A stretch of DNA of 64,000 bases, taken from the NCBI GenBank assembly GCA_963713825.1, contig CAVQNG010000025.1:32001-96000 (forward strand), written 5' to 3'. Origin of the DNA: an uncultured Acidobacteriota bacterium (GTDB lineage: Bacteria > Acidobacteriota > Thermoanaerobaculia > Multivoradales > JAHEKO01). Every line of letters starts with the position of its first letter. The first letter of the stretch is position 1. The position numbers and the translations under genes are program-made. Below, piece after piece: positions 58,366 through 64,000 of the stretch. Under the pieces are notes generated by a model that had not been told where the DNA came from, did no database searches, and saw nothing but the letters and a program-made list of their open reading frames with translations.

Positions 58366-61302
58366 ATGACCGGTCGTCCACAGAAGAAGCCTGATCGACA
58401 CTTCGAGTTCAGCCGCCTGAACCTGTGGTTCGGCGTCAGTGCCTTGGCACTGCTCGTCGTAACACTGTGGATGGTGATGGCTGATTACTCCAAGCCCTGG
58501 AAACGGCTGCAAAGTGATTTCAGGGACCGAGAGCGTCGGGCCTTGCTGCAGCAGGCCGAAATTGAAAGGCAACAGATCGACCAGGACGATCTCCTTCAGC
58601 TTCAGCAAGAGATTTCCCAGGAGGAGGAGAGGTTCGAAGCGAGCCGTACCGAGATGCAGGAGTTGGAGCGCACTCTCGGCAAGCTGGGAAAGAAGATCTA
58701 TGCGACAGACTCGGATTCGCGGACCACGAAGTCGCTGCTCGACACAGCTCGCTGGCAGTACGACCGGGCTTTGCAGGAGGGCGACGAGGCTGCGATCGGG
58801 CAGGCCCTCGAAGCGGTGGAGGAGCTCGACGCCCAGTGGCTCGAGGATCGCAAGGCCCTGGAGCTGCTCGCCGAGCAGCGCGACCAGGTTGTCGAGTCCC
58901 TGGACCAGCGCGAAGCGGCCCTGGTGGAGGCAGAGAGCCGGTTGGCTGCGTTGCGCCAGGGGATCGATACCCTCGAGCAGCGAGCGGCGAGTCTCGACAA
59001 GTCGCTTTCCTACCGGTTGCTCAACGCTCCCCTGATGGACTTCATGAACCCCGACTTGAGGATCGAGCAGGTGATGTTGCCGGGGATGTATCACGACATC
59101 AACTTCACCAAGGTGGAGCGCGTCGATCGTTGCGTCACTTGCCACGTGGCGGCCAATCGGGTCGGTTTCGACGGCGAAGACTGGGAGCAGCCTTTCCGCT
59201 CGCACCCGAGGATGGATTTGTTCGTCGGGGCTGGCTCACCACATCCTTACAACCGATTTGGGTGCTCGGGTTGTCATGGCGGTCTCGATCGATCGACCGA
59301 CTTTGCCCGAGTCGGCCACAGCCCCTCCAGCGAAGAAGAACTGACGAGCTGGCAGGAGCATTGGGAATGGGAGCCGCAACCCTATTTGGAGACGCCGATC
59401 TATCCGGCCGAGTATTCCGAGGCCGGCTGTTTCACCTGCCATTCGGCAGAGGTCTGGACACCGGGGGCCGAAGTGCAGGATACGGGGCGCCAACTGGCGA
59501 TGCGGATGGGCTGCTTCGTCTGTCACAAGATCGACTATCCGGCCTTTCAAGACCTTCCCCGGCCTGGACCGAATCTGAGCAAGGTGGCCGGCAAGACCAC
59601 CCCAGCCTGGGCGGTCGAGTGGATCTCGGCACCGCGCGATTTCAGGCCGACGACCTGGATGCCGCACTTCTTCTTGCAGGAGAACACGACCAGCGAGCTC
59701 AATCTCCAGCGTCAGGAGATAGAGATCGTTTCGGCGGTGGCCTACCTGTGGGAGAAGTCTGAATCTCCGGAATATCCACCGCCGCCGCCTGGAGACTCGC
59801 AGGCAGGGCAGGCCCTTTTCGAGTCGGTGGGATGCACCGGCTGCCATCTCATGGATGGCGACGCGAAACGTGACGACTTCTTCCCCCAGATCAATCGCCT
59901 GCACGGGCCGAATCTCATCCGCACGGGCAGCAAGGTCTCGGCAGGCTGGCTCTACGCGTGGATCAGGGATCCCAGGAAATATGCCCCCGACACGCGGATG
60001 CCGGACCTGCGTCTGACCGATCGGGAAGCGGCCGATATCACCGCTTATCTGATGAGCAGCCGGGATCCGGCCTACGAAGACCTGGATCTGCCCGCGGTCG
60101 ATTCCGAGGTGCGTGACGAGATGGTCTTGAAGTATCTCCGCAACAACCAGACCATCGAGCAGAGTCTGGTGACGCTGGAGGAGATGACTTTTCACGACCG
60201 TGATGTCTATCTGGGTTACGAGACGATCCAGAAATACGGCTGCTGGGGCTGCCACGACCTCGCCGGATTCGAGATCGCCAAGCCCATTGGCGTCGAGCTG
60301 ACGGAAGAGGGGTCCAAGCCGCTGCACCAGTTCGACTTCGGCCATGTCCACGACGTGCCTCATACGCGGCACGACTGGATCCGCAGGAAGCTACTGAACC
60401 CCAGAACCTGGGACGAAGGCAAGGAAGCCGTCAAGCACTACGACGAGCTGCTCAAGATGCCGAACTTCGGCATGTCGGAGCGGGAGGCCGACGCCGTCGT
60501 CACCATGGTGCTCGGGTTCACCAGGGAATCCGTCGAGGCGAGCAGCCGAGCTGGGCAGACAACCCGAAGCATCTCGCTAGTCGAAGGAAGAAGGCTGATC
60601 ACCCGGTTCAACTGTCAGGGTTGTCACTTGATCGAAGGTGACGGGCACGCGATCAAGTCCGCCATCGAAGATGTGGGAATGCTGCCACCCAACCTGGCGG
60701 CACAGGGCGCTCGGGTAAAGAGCGACTGGCTCTTCGAGTACCTCCACGATCCGGGTGCAGTCCGCCTGCGCCCGTGGCTGACGGTGAGAATGCCGTCCTT
60801 CGGATTCAGCGATGACGAAGTCAATGCCCTGGTGAGCTACTTTGCGGCGCGCGAAGAACGTCTGGCTTTCCTGTCGGACCCGGCGTTGCCGGAACCGCGT
60901 GAGCTGGCGGTCGGCGATGTGGCCTTCAACATGTTCCAGTGTGCAAAATGTCATCCCGCCGGTCCGCAAGAAGACCTTGGTGCCGGTGTAGGTGCCGGCG
61001 ACCTGGCTCCGTCCCTCTTGTTGGCAAAACGGCGGCTGAGGCACGACTGGGTGCCCCATTGGATCCTGGATCCGCAGGGTTGGATTCCCGGCACCAAGAT
61101 GCCGGCGAACTTCCCCCCCCATCCTGAGGGTGGCTACACTTCGCCCCTGGCGATGGCAATCGATACGCCGATGTTCGAGCAGCAGAAGGAGCGGATGATG
61201 CGTCACTTCGCCTCGGAAGAGGAGCTCAAGACGCATCTGGGCGACGCTGACTATGTGACTCAGGCGCTGCGCGACCACATCTGGTGGAATCTGGAGGAAT
61301 AG
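58366..61302 (+). CDS. Membrane-anchored octaheme cytochrome c with a coiled-coil region
   Basis: Eight CxxCH motifs (CVTCH, CSGCH, CFTCH, CFVCH, CTGCH, CWGCH, CQGCH, CAKCH); N-terminal TM then an E/Q/L-rich helical stretch. Confidence 0.9.
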   Translation: MTGRPQKKPDRHFEFSRLNLWFGVSALALLVVTLWMVMADYSKPWKRLQSDFRDRERRALLQQAEIERQQIDQDDLLQLQQEISQEEERFEASRTEMQELERTLGKLGKKIYATDSDSRTTKSLLDTARWQYDRALQEGDEAAIGQALEAVEELDAQWLEDRKALELLAEQRDQVVESLDQREAALVEAESRLAALRQGIDTLEQRAASLDKSLSYRLLNAPLMDFMNPDLRIEQVMLPGMYHDINFTKVERVDRCVTCHVAANRVGFDGEDWEQPFRSHPRMDLFVGAGSPHPYNRFGCSGCHGGLDRSTDFARVGHSPSSEEELTSWQEHWEWEPQPYLETPIYPAEYSEAGCFTCHSAEVWTPGAEVQDTGRQLAMRMGCFVCHKIDYPAFQDLPRPGPNLSKVAGKTTPAWAVEWISAPRDFRPTTWMPHFFLQENTTSELNLQRQEIEIVSAVAYLWEKSESPEYPPPPPGDSQAGQALFESVGCTGCHLMDGDAKRDDFFPQINRLHGPNLIRTGSKVSAGWLYAWIRDPRKYAPDTRMPDLRLTDREAADITAYLMSSRDPAYEDLDLPAVDSEVRDEMVLKYLRNNQTIEQSLVTLEEMTFHDRDVYLGYETIQKYGCWGCHDLAGFEIAKPIGVELTEEGSKPLHQFDFGHVHDVPHTRHDWIRRKLLNPRTWDEGKEAVKHYDELLKMPNFGMSEREADAVVTMVLGFTRESVEASSRAGQTTRSISLVEGRRLITRFNCQGCHLIEGDGHAIKSAIEDVGMLPPNLAAQGARVKSDWLFEYLHDPGAVRLRPWLTVRMPSFGFSDDEVNALVSYFAAREERLAFLSDPALPEPRELAVGDVAFNMFQCAKCHPAGPQEDLGAGVGAGDLAPSLLLAKRRLRHDWVPHWILDPQGWIPGTKMPANFPPHPEGGYTSPLAMAIDTPMFEQQKERMMRHFASEEELKTHLGDADYVTQALRDHIWWNLEE

Positions 61303-61436
61303 CAGTTGAATCAGCTGGTAACAGGCGGCACACGCTCTGGGCTCATGGCATAATGCGCGGCTCGCGCCGCTGTGGTGCCAATTCGAAGGGGCGTCCACTC
61401 GAAGTACCGAAACCGATTTGAAGGAGGCTTGAACGT

Positions 61437-62234
61437 ATGAAGAAGATTTCGATTCTGATGGCAATTGCCTTGATTCCTGCCCTGCTGGTAGTGGGCTGTG
61501 GTGGCGGCGAGCAGGCGGCCGCACCCGACAAACAAGCAGAGACCGCACCGGCCGCGGCGCCAGGGCCAGCGGCGACCGGTGGTGGCACGATCGCGGGCAG
61601 TGCGAAGTACGTCAATGGTGATCCGGATGCCGCTATCGCGATGGACGCAGATCCTGTCTGCGCTTCCATGCACCCCGGGGAGGTCCACACGAAGAAGGTC
61701 GTTACGGACGATGCTGGCAATCTGGCCAATGTCTTCGTCTATGTGAAGTCCGGATTGGAGGGTAAGAGCTACCCCACGCCGAGTAGCGCCCACGTTCTCG
61801 ACCAGGTGGGCTGTCAGTACTCGCCGCACGTAAGCGGGGTTCAAGTTGGGCAGAAGCTGGTCATCCGCAATAGCGACCCGACCCTGCACAATGTTCACGC
61901 CCGACCAACCACCAACAAGGAGTTCAACCAGGGGCAGCCGTTCCAGGGCATGGAACTGGAACACACGTTTGATAAGGCAGAAGTAATGGTGCCGTTCAAG
62001 TGCGACGTGCATCCTTGGATGAGCTCGTACATGGCGGTTGTGGATCATCCGTTCTTCGGCATCTCCAGTGAGCAGGGTGGGTTCGAAATCGAGAACCTGC
62101 CTGCCGGTAGCTACGTGCTCGAGGCCTGGCACGAAGAGTTCGGGACTCAGACTGTGGAGGTCACCTTAGTGGACGGTGAGCCAGCCCAGGTGAGCTTCGA
62201 CTTTTCGCCTGGTGCTGTAGCCTCGGCCGGCTGA
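61437..62234 (+). CDS. Lipoprotein with cupredoxin-like copper ligands and a carboxypeptidase-regulatory-like domain
   Basis: Lipobox-like VVGC; HNVH and CDVHPWM; G.F.I.NLPAGSY.L.AWH; AGGAGG ribosome binding site. Confidence 0.75.
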   Translation: MKKISILMAIALIPALLVVGCGGGEQAAAPDKQAETAPAAAPGPAATGGGTIAGSAKYVNGDPDAAIAMDADPVCASMHPGEVHTKKVVTDDAGNLANVFVYVKSGLEGKSYPTPSSAHVLDQVGCQYSPHVSGVQVGQKLVIRNSDPTLHNVHARPTTNKEFNQGQPFQGMELEHTFDKAEVMVPFKCDVHPWMSSYMAVVDHPFFGISSEQGGFEIENLPAGSYVLEAWHEEFGTQTVEVTLVDGEPAQVSFDFSPGAVASAG

Positions 62235-62255
62235 GGCTTCCGTTCGATGTTTGGT

Positions 62256-62293
62256 GGGGCAGGGTCATGACGGCCCTGCCCCTCTTTTCGTTT
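62256..62293 (+). terminator. Rho-independent terminator
   Basis: GGGGCAGGGTC-ATGAC-GGCCCTGCCCC stem-loop followed by TCTTTTCGTTT. Confidence 0.7.
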
Positions 62294-62394
62294 CTTCGTC
62301 AGCGAGCAGAAAATCGGACGGCGCTGCAGGTGGTCGCGATAGACTGACGCCGTTTGAATTGCGATTCACTCTTCTGGGAGGAGATTGACCTACC

Positions 62395-63390
62395 ATGACG
62401 AGCGACACACCGTTCCTGCGCGGCATCCATCGCCTCGCTGTCCTACTGGCCGGGTATGTGGTGTTGCTGATCACCGCTGGCGGCTTGGTGAAGAGTTTGG
62501 AGGCTGGTCTTTCGGTTCCCGATTGGCCGCTCTCGTACGGCATGCTGAATCCACCCCGATGGTGGGAGATCGAGACGGTGCGGGCGGAGCATGGGCACCG
62601 ATTGATCGCCGGCACGGTGCTGCTGCTGACCTTGTGGCTGGTGATCTGGATCGTTCGGCGAGAGCCGCGAAAGTGGGTGAAGGGGGTTGCCTTGACCGCC
62701 TTCGCAGCAGTCTTGGCCCAGGCCGCACTGGGCGGTATCACAGTGCTCTTCTTCCTACCGACTGCGATCTCGGTCAGTCACGCCGGTCTTGCTCAGCTCT
62801 TCCTCTGTCTGTTGGTGGTGCTTGCCGTGGCCACTTCACGCCGCTGGGTCTCCGATCGCGGTCCCACAGATCCGGCCACCAGAGCCGATAGGATCGTCAG
62901 TCTGGCGACGGCTACCTCGGTCGTCATCTATCTGCAGATTCTGCTGGGCGCCGTCATGCGGCATACCGGCGCGGGCCTGGCGATCCCCGACTTTCCGCTC
63001 GCCTTCGGCGGGCTCATTCCCTCCAAGCTCGATTTCGCCATTGGCATCCACTTCGCCCATCGGCTGGGCGCTCTGGCGGCGGCGACACTGATCTTCTGGA
63101 CCCTGGGTCGGACACTGCGATTTGCGAGTCGGGAGCGAGCTCTTGTCATCCCGACCTGTCTGCTGGTCCTCATGGTCCTGGTCCAAGGCACCCTCGGGGG
63201 ATTGGTAGTGCTGACGAGTAGAGCGGTGCTGCCCAATACCCTGCATGTCGGAGGCGGAGCCCTGCTGCTAGCTCTCAGCATGACGCTGACGCTACTGACC
63301 AGACGCCTGGATTGGGTGGCTCGGCAGGAGGGAGTCGTCCCCGAGGTAGAAGCTGTCGGAGTCCATCGGTTGGAGCAGGCCGTATCGTGA
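62395..63390 (+). CDS. ctaA: Heme A synthase (COX15/CtaA)
   Basis: PDWPL, EHGHR, SHAGLA, HFAHR, TLHV; eight predicted TM segments. Confidence 0.88.
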   Translation: MTSDTPFLRGIHRLAVLLAGYVVLLITAGGLVKSLEAGLSVPDWPLSYGMLNPPRWWEIETVRAEHGHRLIAGTVLLLTLWLVIWIVRREPRKWVKGVALTAFAAVLAQAALGGITVLFFLPTAISVSHAGLAQLFLCLLVVLAVATSRRWVSDRGPTDPATRADRIVSLATATSVVIYLQILLGAVMRHTGAGLAIPDFPLAFGGLIPSKLDFAIGIHFAHRLGALAAATLIFWTLGRTLRFASRERALVIPTCLLVLMVLVQGTLGGLVVLTSRAVLPNTLHVGGGALLLALSMTLTLLTRRLDWVARQEGVVPEVEAVGVHRLEQAVS

Positions 63391-64000
63391 GCAGCCCCGC
63401 TGTGCTCGATTCCAAGTCTGTCTCGCTCGGTGTGCGCCTGGCGGACCTGGTCGAGCTCATGAAGCCTCGGATCACCCTGATGGTGGTCCTGACGACCGGC
63501 ATCGGAGTCTTGCTCAGCTCGGGTGGAAGCGTGGACCTGAGTCTCGCCGCTCATGCCCTGCTCGGGACCGGGTTGGTGGCAGCGGGGTCGGCAGCCCTGA
63601 ATCATGTCCTCGAACGGGACCTGGATGCGCTGATGGAGCGCACCGCTGATCGTCCCCTACCGACGGGCAGAATGGACCCCGATTCAGCCTTGCTCTTCGG
63701 TGTCGGCCTGGCAGTCGCCGGACTTCTCGAGCTGACTCTGACGGTCAACCTTCTGACCGCCCTGCTGGGGGCCGTCGCTCTGGCTGGCTATATTTTCGTC
63801 TACACGCCAATGAAGCGCGTCAGCTCCCTGGCGACGATCGTAGGCGCGATCCCGGGAGCCTTGCCGCCGCTCATGGGCTGGACCGCGGTGAGCGATCGCC
63901 TGGAATTGGGTGGGATCGTGCTCTTCGCGATCCTTTTTCTCTGGCAGTTGCCGCACTTTCTGGCCATTGCCTGGATGTGTCGCGAGGACTACTCGCGGGC
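63387..64000 (+). CDS. ctaB: Protoheme IX farnesyltransferase (heme O synthase), truncated by the window edge
   Basis: Hand translation from GTG 63387: ELMKPRI, ALNHVLERDLDALMERTADRPLPTG, YTPMKR, GAIPGALPPLMGW, WQLPHF. Confidence 0.92.
   Translation, partial: MSSPAVLDSKSVSLGVRLADLVELMKPRITLMVVLTTGIGVLLSSGGSVDLSLAAHALLGTGLVAAGSAALNHVLERDLDALMERTADRPLPTGRMDPDSALLFGVGLAVAGLLELTLTVNLLTALLGAVALAGYIFVYTPMKRVSSLATIVGAIPGALPPLMGWTAVSDRLELGGIVLFAILFLWQLPHFLAIAWMCREDYSR

Noticed and set aside
61365-61382. Minus-strand TTGGCAC..GC sigma54-like box
   Set aside because: The -12 element is poor (CGGC) and the box points antisense with no gene to drive

Overview
High-GC bacterial chromosomal DNA from a diderm with LPS/heptose and LptD genes. 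The gene content resembles Acidobacteriota, possibly Thermoanaerobaculia; this is inference, not verifiable here. The window is dominated by a respiratory supercluster. It holds (1) an 11-subunit complex I operon, nuoABCD-HIJKLMN with no nuoEFG, directly preceded by a MidA/NDUFAF7-type methyltransferase; (2) an alternative complex III operon (actABCDEF, G-like, SCO) running into an A2-type caa3 oxidase; and (3) divergently, a b6f-like split Rieske/cytochrome b complex with an 8-heme coiled-coil cytochrome c, an amicyanin-motif copper lipoprotein and heme A/O synthases. Between these lie a SigR/RsrA-like ECF/anti-sigma pair with a cysteine-free TlpA, envelope genes (rfaE halves, GT9, GHMP kinase, M23 peptidase, mltG, lptD, GDP-sugar enzymes), tryptophanase, thiolase, an orphan PilB, a pilin/pseudopilin and small housekeeping genes. 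Non-coding signals include a GTAG-type REP doublet, three sigma54-like promoters, a SigR-type promoter before the anti-sigma gene, sigma70 promoters for the three respiratory operons and several apparently leaderless genes. I saw no tRNA, rRNA, CRISPR array or transposase. All calls come from motif recognition by eye, and some start codons are approximate.
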